Of a stretch of 64,000 nucleotides of DNA, positions 1 to 34,217 are shown piece by piece; the first letter of the stretch is position 1; each line of letters starts with the position of its first letter. Both the position numbers and the translations under genes were made by a program. The stretch is from Chrysomallon squamiferum. Taxonomy: Eukaryota; Animalia; Mollusca. The DNA is taken from positions 27,714,001-27,778,000 of the forward strand of contig CM022665.1 in the NCBI GenBank assembly GCA_012295275.1. Reading direction: 5' to 3'. The notes beneath the pieces were generated by a model. It worked only from the letters and a program-made list of their open reading frames with translations, did no database searches and was not told the origin of the DNA.

Positions 1-2102
1 AGCAAATCAAATATATTATCAGTTAATTACATGAAATAAATCTAATTCAGTTATCACATTCAACTTTTTTTTTTTTGTTAAGAAAATCCAAATACTTTTT
101 ATTAAAAGTAAAAATCAATAATTTGAAAATCAAAACATTGCCTGTATAAGGCTATTCATTTTATTTAAACATTATTACAAAATAAAAAACAAAATAAAAG
201 AGAAAACAAAAGTATGAACCAAAATGCATTGTGGTAAGTGCCATCTTTTCTAAAGACATTTGCAAATTTGTGAAATTCTTTTAACAGAATAAAATGATGC
301 AACGTAAGTAAAATGTGAATTAATCATGAAAATGAAAATATGAATTAAGCATTCTAACAAATGATTTCACTCAAAATAATAAAACAAAAATTACTGTAAC
401 GTATTTTATATTTAAACCAAAATATTTTAAGACTGACAGCTTTTATAATTATGAAGAACTTAACTTGAAATTGGACCAACATAGGTGATTAAATCTGTAA
501 GCATGAAAAACTAAATTAACATGTTGAGAAAATTAACATTTTTATTTTGTTTTATAAAATATAATGTACGACAATTCATGCAATACTTCAAAAATCTAAA
601 TTGTTTGCTCAAGTATTATTAGTATAATTATGTACGTGTGTTTAGCTTAATTTATATTTACTTAATATTTAAACATTTTTCTTATACATAAACCCTGAAA
701 ATGTTCTGTAGATATATAAAAAATTACAAATCAAATCTAATTAGATAAATATGGTAATGGTGAAGCAGATGGTACTTGTTGATCCAGTATTTACTTATAC
801 TGATGATTATCATGATTCCAACACCAACAAAATCCAAACACTAAATTTTTTAACCTTTATGTTGTTTTTTTAAACATATAGATACAAAACAAGTATACAC
901 ATGTTGAGAAAATTAACATTTTTATTTTGTTTTTTAAATGATTTATCTAAGTCCCTGAAATGAGCAATATTTACAAGTTATATGAAACTTTCACTGTTAT
1001 GATCACTGTAAACAAATCAGAATATGAATACAAAACAAGCAAAATATAAATAAAAATTAATGAAAAAAAAAAAAACAATCACATTTTTATATATACACAC
1101 ATGAAATTAGTGTAATTTCCAAATAAATGTCTGATTTTTATTTTATTTCAGAACATAGTTTGTTTTTATGACACTGAACTTTTAACTACTACACAACAAA
1201 GATTATAACATCACTGAAATCACATTACTTTGTGCATACATAGCAAATTATTAGTGATTGAAACATTTTCAAAATTTTGTTTGTTATGAACTCTGTAATA
1301 TATGTTTATATATCTTTTCATAGGTGAGTGGATTATTTGCAATAAAACTAAATTATACTTAGTTAGTAAACTGTACAATTCTGTTCAGACTGGATAATGA
1401 CATTTAAATGAGTCAGATTAACATTTCCAGCATTTTTACATTTGATATTTCATTAAAAAAAAAAAAAAAAGTTGTTGTTGTCGTTGCTGTTGTTTTTTAA
1501 AAGGGATGTTAATTTAAAAAACAAACAACAAACAACAAAACAATTAAACAAACACTTTATCCTTCAAAACTCTCTCACCCAGAAAAAATCACTATATAAT
1601 CAAAACAAAATAAGATAACAGATACAACTATACATTTGATATTAAGCATCAGTGATTCACTAGTGCTCACTTTGTCTTTTCTTCTGCCTCTCTGTACGCA
1701 GATCAACACTAATAATATTTTTTTTTTGTTATTTCTTGTATACACAGCATCCAGTTTGTCATTAAAAAAAATAATAATAAATAAATAAAATTTAATATAA
1801 TAAGAAAATAAGCAAAATAAATAAAAATAAAATAATAAAAAATATAAACTCAAAAACACACACACACAAAAACAAACACTAATCAGCACATATTTTCCTG
1901 CAAAGATCAGCAGGGATACAGTCAAGTCTTTTTCTACCACGTGGCAAACACAAAGACTCCAAAACCATTAGGATGTTTTCTCAGTTCTTTCTTATCCAGC
2001 AATTCCTTTTTCATCTTCAGTTTCAAAGTCTTTGCTGTTCCAATGGAGATTAAAGACGATACCTGACAGTAAGGCTAACTTCACTTTAATATAAAATGAA
2101 CA

Positions 2103-14962
<12,860 letters not shown>

Positions 14963-15694
14963 TTAAAATTCAAAAAGACATTAATTATGCATATTATCTG
15001 ATGCATACAGAATTCAGTCACTAAACCTGTAATGAAAACTGTAACTTTACCTTACTCGTCATCTTACAACCAGTACCACAAAAATCATTGAAAGTTTCAC
15101 TCAATAAACTAGAGAAAAACCTTTAAAAGATGTTTTTAAAATAAATGTTATTGAAAAGATAAATACGTATCAAACACAGGTTGACAAAACATTTAAAAGG
15201 TAAGACTGATTTAATTTTAAAAACTATTTATTATTGATTATTGTTTATAGAATAGATAATATATAAATTATAATTTAGATCATTCCCTGAAAATATTGGG
15301 CCAAACTATTAAACAGAATAAACTATGCCAGTTACCTGTTTAAAAATCAATTAGGAAACAGTTTTGTCTACTTAGCTAATTTTTTGTTGTCCTGTCTGCT
15401 ATTTTGGTATATTATCAAAATTATTAAAAATCTGGTTAAAGCATTAAATTTAATGCTTTTTCATAATATAATTCTGATCCAAGAGCAAACTAATAAATAA
15501 CTAGCTATCAGTGGGTTCCAATTAGGATTAATTTTACAACTCCTAGTAGATCATTTATTTACTGTTTTGTCGTTCATAAAACTAAAATAGTGGAATACTG
15601 TTCAGTACTACCAAAATAAAACTGCAGCAACAACAATAATCCTAAAAAAAAAAAAAAAAAAAAAATAATAATAAAAAAATATAAGAACAACAAC

Positions 15695-15733
<39 letters not shown>

Positions 15734-16104
15734 TAATATAAATAAGATGAACGTCAAAAGTCTGAAATTAAAATACAGAATAAATGCAAAAAATATAATG
15801 ATTTAATTTTAAGTGAACAAGATTTTAATTTTACATACTACTTACATTAAAATGATTGACCTAGTCAAAGAAATTAAATATCATATTTAATTGTGTCCAC
15901 TAAATATTATTAATCAATTAAAAGTAGTAAGTTCAACAACAGAAAATGAATGTGGATAAATGTTGTCTAAGGCCAAGTTCTCACGTCATGGACGACAAAT
16001 TCTAACTGGCATTCCTATCAATTGGTAAGGTTAGCAGAATAAGAAGGTAAATCAATTAGCAAGACATCATAGTTAATTATACAGGTAATTAACACTTTCT
16101 TTAC

Positions 16105-16200
16105 CTTAAGCCCCGGTGTGGTAATATATCAGCTGGCCATATATTTCCTGATTTCCTGAAATATTAAACTAAAATCAAAACATTTATCACATCAACGTGA
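16105..16200 (-). other. Putative non-coding 5' exon of the PAP gene, containing a short uORF (MAS*)
   Basis: Minus-strand donor CTTAAG|gtaaga at 16105/16104. The first coding exon begins after an acceptor 1 nt before the ATG (14960). No in-frame ATG in this exon; ATG GCC AGC TGA at 16140-16129. The 5' end is approximate. Confidence 0.6.
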
Positions 16201-16485
16201 AGCACAAATATGGCGGCAACACCAAAATTACCCAAAGTGCATTTCAATATCCGTATGTAGCTCGTCGCAACTAACAAAACAAAAACAATTATTTTTCATA
16301 GTGTTAATAAAATAAATTATCCTGAAAGTAGGATGGTTACACAGATTGAGCTGCTAAAATAAACAGATTAACTTCAATGAAATTATTCAAGGTGATTCGA
16401 TCACATTATTTTGTAAAGACGTAGGTGGCGCAGATCAAAGTTCTACTCATTGCAACACAAACAATGAGGACTTTTTCGAGTCAGG
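16190..16485. promoter_or_regulatory. Putative bidirectional promoter of PAP and seipin
   Basis: Head-to-head genes less than 400 bp apart, local CpG enrichment, YY1-like AATATGGCGGC at ~16207-16217. Confidence 0.6.
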
Positions 16486-22731
<6,246 letters not shown>

Positions 22732-23775
22732 TCTTTTTTGTTTACTTAATTTTATAAAAGCAACAATGTGGTAGAGTTCCTAGCTAGAACATAAAACCAT
22801 GGTGTTAGAGGAATTAAAATAATTTTAAAGAAAAAAAAAACAAAGTTATTGCAGTTTTATGCTTTACTTGGAGATTTTAATTTCAGTTTTAAATTTTATT
22901 GCATGTTGATATTTTTGTATTGCTAAATTTTTCTTTTTGTCAGAGAATGAAAAAGAATGTATTGGGTTATTTTCTATGTTTTTTTCATGTTGACTCATTA
23001 CGGTATTTATAAAGAACACACCAAACGTTTGTATGCAAAGAATATACTACATTAACTACATTTTTATATATATTTTTTTATATAAAAAAAACAAATACTT
23101 TGATTTTTATTTGATTTTTTCTTCTTTTAAGTTTTCCCTGATTCTTGATGAGCTTTTATAAAAGTTGTTATTATTCTATTTTTTGTTTTATTTTCTGACT
23201 ATTGTCAAGAATACCACTTTGTGATTGCACAAGTATCCGAAACTATTAATGATGTGAGGCACACAACACACTTATTTATCCCTTGATATATTTTTTAAAG
23301 CATGTTATCCAGTGTTTGATCATGCTCAAATTCATATTTTATATATATATCAGACATGAGACACAGCTGATGTAAGAATACGTAGACAAAGTTACAAAGT
23401 TATTTATATATTATAAATAGCAACATTTATATCTAAGTATGTATCTATCTATCTGTCTATCTATATAGATAGATGAGATGGATAGACAGATAGATACATA
23501 CATAAATATAAACTGAAAAAACTCAGTATGAAAGTTATATATTTCTGTCACACTTTAGAAGTGAATTATTATTTTATATACTTGTGTCTGGATGAGGCAC
23601 ATTTTATTGTATATATAATGTTGTTAATTTTTAAGTTATTTTTGAACAGGAAGTGTATGTATTTATGTCTACTTGTAGTTCATACTATTTGTTTTATGTG
23701 TCTGCCTTAACAAATGCAACAATTTTATATTTGATTTATTGATAGTTTCATTGAAAAACATTAATAGTAGTGTTA

Positions 23776-23838
<63 letters not shown>

Positions 23839-26756
23839 GAAATCATTGTACTGAAAATTATTTCATGTGATAATGATGGTAACACTTGTTTTGAAATCCT
23901 GGGATAAAATTCATATTTGAATAGAAACTTCCACAACCATTAACATAATCATACACAAAAATAATTATTTAAGAATGACTTAAGAAATCGTGGATCAACA
24001 GAAGAGATTCCATTACTATATATTTACACATATTTTTTAATTTTTTAATATATATATTTTTAAATTATTATTATTATTTGTCTTCAGACTGGATAAGTCT
24101 AAATAGATTATTTTTCTCATTTGTATAGTAAAGTATGATTACATTGCCTAAAATTTGTTTGACAATAATAGTATTATAGTTTGGCCATAATATATAAACC
24201 ACTGTATTTAATTCATTAAAATGTATATTGTGTTCTGCAGGTCATAATAAAATGATTTAATTTTAACAGACTGTTTTTGGGAGACAAAAGAGAGGGTTTT
24301 TTATTCTTTTGAACTGTCATTCAACAAATATTAGCATTTATAATAATTAGTCTAGTTTTCTTGTAAAACAGTAGTTAGTAAGGAACCCTCAGTCTTTCAG
24401 AACTGTTACTGCCTTTATACAGAGTGTGGTGAAAGTAATAAAATAAGTTTTAAAAAATATATATATTTGCATTTACTGAACAAAATACACACACATATGC
24501 ATACATATTGTAAGAAAATATTTAAGTGTTGTTTATAAAATATTTACAAAATTAAATAAAACTAGAAAATTTATAGAAAGTTATACAGTATGAAAAAATA
24601 AAATAATATAAAAAGATTTTACTTTTGCCATACCCTGTATACACTGAACAATAAATTTATGCCAAATTATCTGTGTTCAGTTCATTACATAGACATAATG
24701 AAATCAATTCACTTGGAAAGACAATATTTTTCAATGATATTTGTTTTTTTATATAAAGATATTAGAAGTAGACAGCTAATTGTTTTAAAATCTGTTCAAA
24801 TGTAGTTATTTTGTAATTCGTTTTCCAAAAATTGCTGTACTTGAAATTTTAATTATTTTTTAATTTAATTTAATTTTTAATTTTTGTTATCAGATTCATA
24901 GGTCTAATTTACAAGATATGAATAACCTCTCTTTGTATTTGCTAAGAAGTTTATTACAAGTGTATTTTATCATTATCTTTTTATACCTTTCCTTTGACAA
25001 ATCAATTTTTGTCTTCTTGCCAATATTTGTTTAAACCAAAAGATAATCATGAATTCATGTTGTCAGTAGCATTAGAGATGTGTATTTTCTGTGTGTTATA
25101 TTAAGCCTTGCTGTGATACAGCTAATCATTTATGGGTGTGCAAAAAAAGCTTCCAATACCACAAAACTAAAAAATAATTCACGTTGAATTAGTTAAAACT
25201 GCTTGTATCAGTGTGTGTTATGATATAAAAAAAATGATTTGTTCAATTTGAAAATGGGTTAATTAAGAAAAAATAAAACTGCATTTATATTTAGATTGCT
25301 TTTTAACTGTATAATGAAATGCATAAATTAGCAAAATTAAATAAATTTACTTAAGCTTAATGTTTAAGAGAGCAACAAAAAACATTAAAAAAAATAAAAA
25401 AAAATAATAATATTAATAAAAACAATTAAATAATTGGTAGAAAAAGTAGAATGTTATTTCTTTTTTTCTCAGTACTTACCTAGTCCGGTGACTTACGTAT
25501 CAGTATTTACATTTTATTAATCACTTGTAAATGGAATATACAATTAAATGTTTACATATTTTAATGATGCAGAGTTGTGTAGCAGTAGGTAGATTGATAT
25601 ATAAGCATCATTTAAAAATGGAATATTAACTTGATATATAATAATTACATTTTAATCAAACAAACAAAACTTAACCTTGCTGAAGGTAGTGTATTTTTTG
25701 GAAAAGATTTGTTAACTATTATGTTTCTTGATAAATGTTATGAATTTATGAGCCAAAGAATGACAAAATATAAATTTTATTTATTTTTATTTGTTTTAAA
25801 TCAGGATATTTGTTAATTGAACTAATAAAAAATCAAACTGTATATTTGTTATTTAATAAATTTGAAATCAAGGTTTGCCAATTACTGTCTCATTCCAGAA
25901 TTATTTCACCACAGATATAAGTAATTTATGGATTGTATTTATAAATTAACATTCCACAAACCAATACAGGTTAATGATGGTAAAATAAGCCACATGATTG
26001 AAATATGTTGATACTCAGGGATTTGCTTGTTATTGCACTTTCTTATTATTTAATGAATTGACATCCTGGTGTCCAAATTTTAGAATATTTGTATTCAAAG
26101 CACAAATAAAATTATAAAACAAGACATTTACTGCTTTTGTTGTTTATTATTTTAAAAACTGTATTATTATTTTTATTATTGATTTGACTGGGGTTTTTTT
26201 TTTTAGTTGGGGGTTCCAAAACACAGATCCAAGTGTAACTTTTATTAATTTAATTTAGACTGCCTACAAATTAAGTTCAGTTCATTTTGAATATTTTGTC
26301 TTTGCATCAAACATGTACACAGGAATTACTAACAACAATTTCCTCAAAGATTTAAAAAATAATTTTTTAAAAATACACTCAGAATTAAATATGTTTTACG
26401 AACAACATTAATACAAACACACTGCTATTATAAGATCAATGTTTATTTTACAACAGAACATATAAAATTAAAAAACATATTTTGGAAAATGGGTAAAAAA
26501 AAGTTTACAGTGTCATCTTCAAGATCAAGTAACTTCATCATCTCAAGTTAGCACAATGCATTGTAATTGTACAAGTTGCAGAAATAAATTACATTTTTAA
26601 ATATTTCTGTTCCCAGTAATCATGAGTTACAATTGCAATTGTTCATTAGAAGTGGAGGATAGAAACAAAATGTTTTAATATGATTTCTTTCCTCAAAGTC
26701 CACGATAGTGGAGTTTTGATACTGTGAGACTCGTATAAGTACAGAAAATTCTAGTT

Positions 26757-29700
26757 TCATATTGTTTTTGATTTCTGTGTTACATGGTATTTGTAGTACA
26801 GAATACCAGCTGATACAATCAATCCCAGATCATAACCCAGCAAAGTTCCAATCAAACATGATACAGGCCAAACCTGCAATAATAGAAAAAGAACACAAAT
26901 TATAAACAATTATTTTGTTATTTTTACATTGTAAAGGATTAAAAATAAATTCTATCTTTAATTTGAAAAAAAACAAACCTAAAATTTGAGGAATCCAAAA
27001 AAAATTATTTATTATAAATTTTTCTTTATTTTCATTTAGTATACATAAATATAAAAAAACATACTGTTTCTACATACAAGATAATTATAGGGTTTAATAA
27101 CAACCTTTGATATTAATAACATACACACATGAATTCGACAACTATTGTTAGCACAGTCCAGTAAACAATGTAACTTACAATATACTGTGGTGTGGTATGG
27201 TACAGGTAAATAAAATTAATTTATACATTCATTTATTATTATTATTATACCTGATGTGTGTGTATTTAATTTCAGCACTAAAAACAAAGTTGGCTTTTTC
27301 GATTGGTTGTGAGAATGAAACATTTCAGTTGGTTTTTTTTTTGCAGCTATTGCACTGGTACGTTTAAAAATTGAATTAGTTTTGTGAAAATTTCCTAATT
27401 AGAGTTCCTGTATTCACGTAAATTCTGTACGTATCATTATCATGATTTAAAATAATGCCCAGTATCTTTTTTTGATATCACCTGGAACCAGCATGTGGTT
27501 CTATAGCCAAATTTGAATTATCAAAAGCTAACTTCATTCAGAACTTGTTACTAAGAACAAAGAAAACTTAACTGTTCAAACACTGTATTTAGAAATTATT
27601 GGTAACAATCTAGTGAATTTGACTTAACTGTTTGAACAAATGTATTACACAACCATCATATGCCTGTGATGAAATGGGTTTTATGAATTATGGGTACACT
27701 AAGGTCTATATGGCTGAGGGAGGTGAATATTATAAGCCTCTCTCTGAAAAGTTTTTTTATAATGTAAAAAGTGATATTTATTATTTGAAACCAAGAAAAG
27801 AAAAAATATTAAATTATCTTTTATCTACCTAATTTAGATCTGTGATATGAATTTCTAATTCAAGAAGCATGGACAGGTGTGAGTGGAATGTACAATGGAT
27901 AAATGTGTCTTACAGCAAAATTATGCTATTGCAATACTGTACTAGCTACTGTTTTGACTTACTGAAACTACCCTAACCACACTGGTAGCTTGCCAGTGTG
28001 CAGGTCACTTAATTCATATTAATGCTTTTAATATATATGTGTTGTTAATGAGATTTGAGTAAAATATACAAATATAGTTATAAACAAGATAATTTAATTG
28101 CCAGAAACCTGACAAATGTTATGTAATAAACATTTTGAACTCCAAACTAGTATAGAAACTAAACAAAAAAGTAGAAGAATGCTGTCCCACTATAAATCTC
28201 CCATTTCATCACAGTTTATATTTTGTTACTGAGCATAACATCAAGCAAGTATATTTCACTGTTCTTAGTGGTAAGCTCTGAATGTAATTAGTCTTTGATC
28301 ATTAAAATGACATGCAGGTTTCAGCTACAACTCAGTACATCTATTCAGTATGTACAAAATGATAGCATGAACAGAAATTATTATTAACAATAAACTGATA
28401 TTGTCTTAACTTTTAAAAATATCAGATAAATAAATTAATAAAATGTAAATGAAATATAAATATAGAAAATGACTATTACACATTGTCTGTAAGCATTATT
28501 ACCGATTGACTTATTTACATTCAGGCATTTTCTGTAATAAAAGCAATAATTTTCAGTCATTAAATGCAATGACTGGTGGTCACAGGTATTATGGCATTTC
28601 ATTTAATGTCTGATTTCACAGACTGACTGTAACATATGCATTATATCCTATTAAGTGATTTATGACTAATTTGGTATTTACCTGCCATGGTCTGTCCCAG
28701 TCCAGTGGTATAGGAAAAGCACCCAGCCAGGCTCCCATAATGCTACAAATAGTAGTTACATAAACCACCAACTCAGGACCCAGATCTGCACTGTTAACAA
28801 AAAAATAACATTTTAATTAAACAAATAAAAAATGATTAGTTGTCTTGTTTCAACTTTCAAATGAATAATTACAACTTTGAAGTTTCAAAACAATATAAGC
28901 GAAAAAAAATAAATATATATAAAAAAAATATAATCTCTTAAATTTTAATAGAGGTTTACAACTTGTATATTAATTTCAAAGAATCTTATTCACAAAAATA
29001 ATTTTTTTAATTAATTTTATTCTGTGTTGATAAAGAATATTGCACAATTTATTTTTTCTTTCCAAATCAGAACGATATCAAACATGAAAAATAAGTATTA
29101 AGCAGGATTTTCATTATAATTATATTAATTTCAGCAGAAGCAGGCTTTGAAGACAATCAGGAGTTCTTGTCCTGTGCTTCACCTTCATTATAAACTGAAT
29201 AAAATGAACACACTTGATAACTTACTCTTTATGTGCATATACTCTGATCCATGAATTTAAGTTGAGACCAAGTATTACACTAGGTGGGATAGACGATGCA
29301 GCTGACAAGAGGAGAGAGAAATGAAATGTTTCTGCCACAGTCCTTAAAAACAAAGAAAATTATAATAATATACTGCATGAGATAATCTGTTTCTGATAAT
29401 AATGTGTGATTTCAAAATTATTTCAGGAAGAAGAAAAGAAGCCAATATTGTTTTTTCTTTACAATGTCAGTTGGTATGGGAAAAGATCCCTGAATGTTTG
29501 ATGATAAAGCTATTTTGAATAACTTACTAAAGTCTACCTCATAATCTAGATTGTTTTTCCAAAAATTCACAATGACAATAAAAGAAAAAATATAATTTAT
29601 TAATCCAAAGTAGCTTGGAATTTTATTGCTATATTTATAGTTGGTTATTTGCAAAAAAACCACAAACCACAACAACAACAACAAAATATACACACACAAA

Positions 29701-32596
29701 AAGAAAAACCCTATAGCTTGAAAATATATAATGATAAACACATTAAAATATTAGCTTGGGCTATCAATTACAGTTTTAGCAAAATATATAATTATGAAAA
29801 AGTATTTTCAGTTCATACATACTGAGTCAGTGGAGCTCCATACAAAACAGCCAGTGTGTGAAACAAACAGACACATACTACAAACAGAAGCACACCTTTA
29901 ACAACTGATGGTATCTGTAAAATAAAATAAATAATTAGACTCTGGAGAAGACTTCTGATCTTCCAGTTTCCAGATTTCTTTGAAATTAGTTTCATTTTTG
30001 TATACATATACTGATCAGAAAATATTATCTATTCATGTTTTATGCATGTGCAGCATTTGACCAGTGTTGAAGGGTACTGTAGTAGAACACATCAAAAGTT
30101 TCTCCTTCATTAGTGAAAACATTACCCAACATCGTTCTCTAAAATCATCATTTCAGGAAACTAAAGGTGTAAATCTTCAGAAATCCATGCAGAGTTAGTT
30201 CATTTAAAAAAAAACCATAGATGTTGATGCACTATGTCAAATTGTTAACAGATGACATTAAGTGCAGATGCTTCTTACCCAATTTCTTCAGACACAATAA
30301 AATGAAGTAAATAAATAAATAAATAATATTTAATAATAACCTAGTTTTCCTAGGCTAGTCTGATAACAAGACAACTCATTCCTAAGAAACTTTGTACCCA
30401 AAACAACACACACCCAGGTCTGAGCCAGCATGTCTTGCTTTATAATTAGTTTTATTATTGAAAAGAATTAACTGTGTGTGGAGTGGGGCATAAAAAATAA
30501 AAGACAGGTGTCCTCTGTTCCCCCAATTCAAGATGGTGTCTCCCCTCTCTTTGTTTAACTTGATAATGTGGTAACATACTGAGAAAGATTAGCAAAAACT
30601 GTTAATCTAAACATTATAATCATAAATGGATCAGTAATACCACAACAATGAGGCAAGAAATTTACTTATTTGATTCTAATCACTTTTTACATGCTTCTGT
30701 ATATTGTTATGCATTTAAAATGTTTGTTGCTGATCATGAATTAGAAACAGGTAAATTTAAACTTTCTTAATTATTCTTTGATGTGGATGTTATTTAGTAT
30801 GAATACAATAATTAATATCATTTACAGTATAAAAAGAAAAAAGAAAAAATAAATACTTAACAGTGATGTGCATAATTTAAAGAAATCAAGGCAACACAAC
30901 TCTGTGTAGTTAAGCAAGTAAAAAGTAAGAAACAATCTTCATAAATACTTAAATCATACTTTTCTGTTCATTAATAAGAAAATTATGTCAATTTTGTTTT
31001 CATAATTTGGCCAATTATCTGTCTGAGTAATTAACATAAAACAATAACAGTGTGACCAAATATATCACTTTTTTCACAAAAGTTTTCATCACTTCCTTTT
31101 TTTTTTCAAGTTATCCATGCCATTTTTAAGGATATTGAAGCATACATATTTGACTGTCTGGGTAAAGTATGACAAATCTCCTGATCTCATTAGCTGATAT
31201 CTAATTAGGAATCAAGTATTTAATTAAAGCCAAATTAGAATAAATAAACCACATGAGACATGAGAAGAACACACCATAAAAGTGTGCATAACTTTCTTCT
31301 TTTTTAAGTTATCACCATGGATATTAAAACCTACAAGCAACCCCATAAGAATCCACAAAGACAATTGTTTTGATTAATTAATAATTTGGACAGTATTTGC
31401 AGCAACAGCAAGTTTTCATGATAAAGAATATTGACCTATTCAATCGCCTAACAAGACAACAACATAAAAAGTTAGTGTTAAAATGGTTTAAACTTGTTGG
31501 AAAGACTTGCACTGTACATAAATGATGAAAGGTAAAAGGGGGATAAAAGTCTATAACAAAAGTTACAAATCCTCAGCAAATCGATCTGCACCAAGAGCAA
31601 ATTTTGATAGATCAGTATGTTCTGTATCTGGGTATGTCTCTGTGTGCTATCCAAGTCCAAATAAGCAACAGAATAATTGTATCCTTTTTCCTTACTTTTT
31701 CAAATTTACCACTGTAGATTTGTTTCTCTGGCCTGACAGATGTTTCTTCAGATTGACTTTCCATCCACTAGATCCCTCAGACAGTATCTTGTCAACAGTA
31801 TCTTACTCAAGAAATGGAAATATTTATTTTACCTAGACTTCCAAGTTTACTGTTTTTACTTTCTTTCAATTTTGCCTGTTTTTCTTTTCTCTTTTCAGAG
31901 CTGTCGTCTTGAAGGCTTACCTAAATGCCTGTAATTTATATCACTATGGTCTATATTTATATATATATAATATTACAAAACGGAAAAATAAACATCTTCT
32001 TCAGAAATCAAATTTATATTATTCGAAGAAATGCGGCTGATCATTTATTTTAGTTCAATTCTTTATCGTTTTATTTATTTGTCATGTAATTTAATTTCTG
32101 TGTTGAATGGAACGCGAAAATAAAGTGCCCCTGGAACCCAAGGTCTAAATCTGTCCATAACACTTTAACTTCTGCATCTGGCGGCACTCTATAAGTAAAT
32201 TACTTGGTTTGTTCAAATTTGTTAGTTTTCAGATCCGCCGACGAATAAAAATAATTGAAATTAGCTATTTTTAACATTTGAAAGTAAAATAGAAGCAAAA
32301 CTGCACTTAATACTATTTTATTTCTTTTATTTCCATCTCATCGACAGAAATCCAGTTACCTTTATACCGTTTCCACGTTCGGTTGATGCAAAGTAACTTC
32401 CAAGAACAGTGCAAATGATTACTGTGGTGTTCCATTTTGCCGCTTGCAGTGGTTTATTTATGACATCCAAAAATAAATAAGTGTTGAACGTCAATAATAC
32501 ACTACACAGATGTCCCAGTGCCACCAAAATATTGAATATAATCAAGAAATTTACGGTTCGTTTAGATACAATCTGTACACTTATGGGCGGCGCCAT
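26757..32596 (-). CDS. PIGF: GPI-anchor biosynthesis class F protein (PIG-F/Gpi11), 5 exons, ~223 aa
   Basis: Exons 32360-32596, 29823-29914, 29226-29342, 28682-28790, 26757-26873 (672 nt, in phase). Motifs: [46 protein letters not shown]; C-terminal KSKTI* fits a KxKxx ER-retrieval signal. Confidence 0.95.
31480..32160 (-). mobile_element. Possible decayed DNA-transposon fragment in PIGF intron 1
   Basis: Purine-rich, coding-like, frameshifted Lys-rich segment on minus, with a TIR-like TGGACAGATTTAGACC near 32157. Family not established. Confidence 0.3.
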
Positions 32597-32830
32597 TACA
32601 TTTCGTCTTTTCGTTTACAGTTTTAGCTATCGTACGGTTTAGAGCACCGTATTTGTAATCGACGTTAAATACACAATACAACACGTATCATTGTACAGAA
32701 GTATATGCATAAGTGTGTATAATAAAATCATCACTATTACCATTATAATTAATTCTACTTCAATATTTCTGATTTTGCATTTTGTTTATAGTTTATTTAT
32801 TAGACAACAAAGTATCACATCACACACACA

Positions 32831-32903
<73 letters not shown>

Positions 32904-33044
32904 ACATCTGCCTTTATTACTACATAAAAATAGTTTCCCCATTCACTCATTTTATAAATAACCAGTCAATCTGATGAGTTATAACCAAGGTCATTAGACA
33001 AAAAGACTTCTGTTGAAATGAACAACATCATCATCATCATCATC

Positions 33045-33080
<36 letters not shown>

Positions 33081-34217
33081 AATAATAATATAAAAAAACA
33101 AGAGACCAGCCAATATAATCATATCTTTATTTCTATTTAAACTGTACCATTGCATATAGTAATGGATGACATCATTATACCAAATAATAAACCAGCTTAT
33201 TCTGGGTAAAACATCTCTAGTTATGTAAGCAGATTTTCACAAGTTACAGAGAAATTATGTTATTTATATATTAATTGTGTTCTGTGTGTATGTGAGTTCT
33301 TTGTATAAGTGTAAATCTATATCTATGTTGTCCATATTGTGTATGATTGTGTTTATCGTATGTTTGTGAATGTGCTTATGTTTACGAAGACGAGAATAAA
33401 CTAATTTTGTCTTGGCTATACAGATAGTATGTATTTAAATATCTATTCAAGCTTATGTACATACTTGCAATGGTTTCTTTATTTGTCATGTCATAACTCC
33501 TTTAGAAATAATCGTTCACATAGGAAAAATTGTGATACATGTTTTCTTCTTTACGTTTGAATGTTTTAGCTTATACGTTACAAAACCTCTTTTCAGCATT
33601 ACTAAAAACTATACAAATTAATGATCATATTAATTCTCATATTTCATATTAACTGAAATGTTTATAATAATAATAAGAAGAAGAATAAGAATTCAGTCTT
33701 CTATTTTTAATATTATATATTCTTTTACGATGAGTACGAAATAAACATTAAATATTTTAAAGTATATTAATACAAAAATAAGCTAACTTCTTCCTATTTC
33801 TGTTATCAAAGATAATATTAAGTCTTATAAATTCCGTTTACTGAAGACACCAAAAAGAAGATTTTAAACTTATCGAAATATAAATATTGATAATGAAATG
33901 TACTTTCTTTAACACTACATAAAAAACAACAACATTAAAACTTATTTCCTAGTCAATATTACTTCCATTATGTAAATGAATAAAAACTGCACCCATATCA
34001 TCTTCCAGAAAACAAACTTTAATTTCAAAACATTTATTTCTAATACCACATGGTGGCTACTTTTAATTTAGGTTAATTTTAGTTTTTGTTTCATAACTAA
34101 AGACATTGTTTTTATTATTATGTTTTTTTTATTATCATTATTATTCTTTTTTTTTTTTTTTCTCCAGTTCTAAAAGTTATTATTTCCTTTACTGTTTGGA
34201 ATGTTTCCCTTGATGCT

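Noticed and set aside
1575-1940. 121-aa hydrophobic minus-strand ORF downstream of PAP
   Set aside because: It lies in the T-rich PAP 3' UTR; hydrophobicity reflects base composition and the start is GTG.
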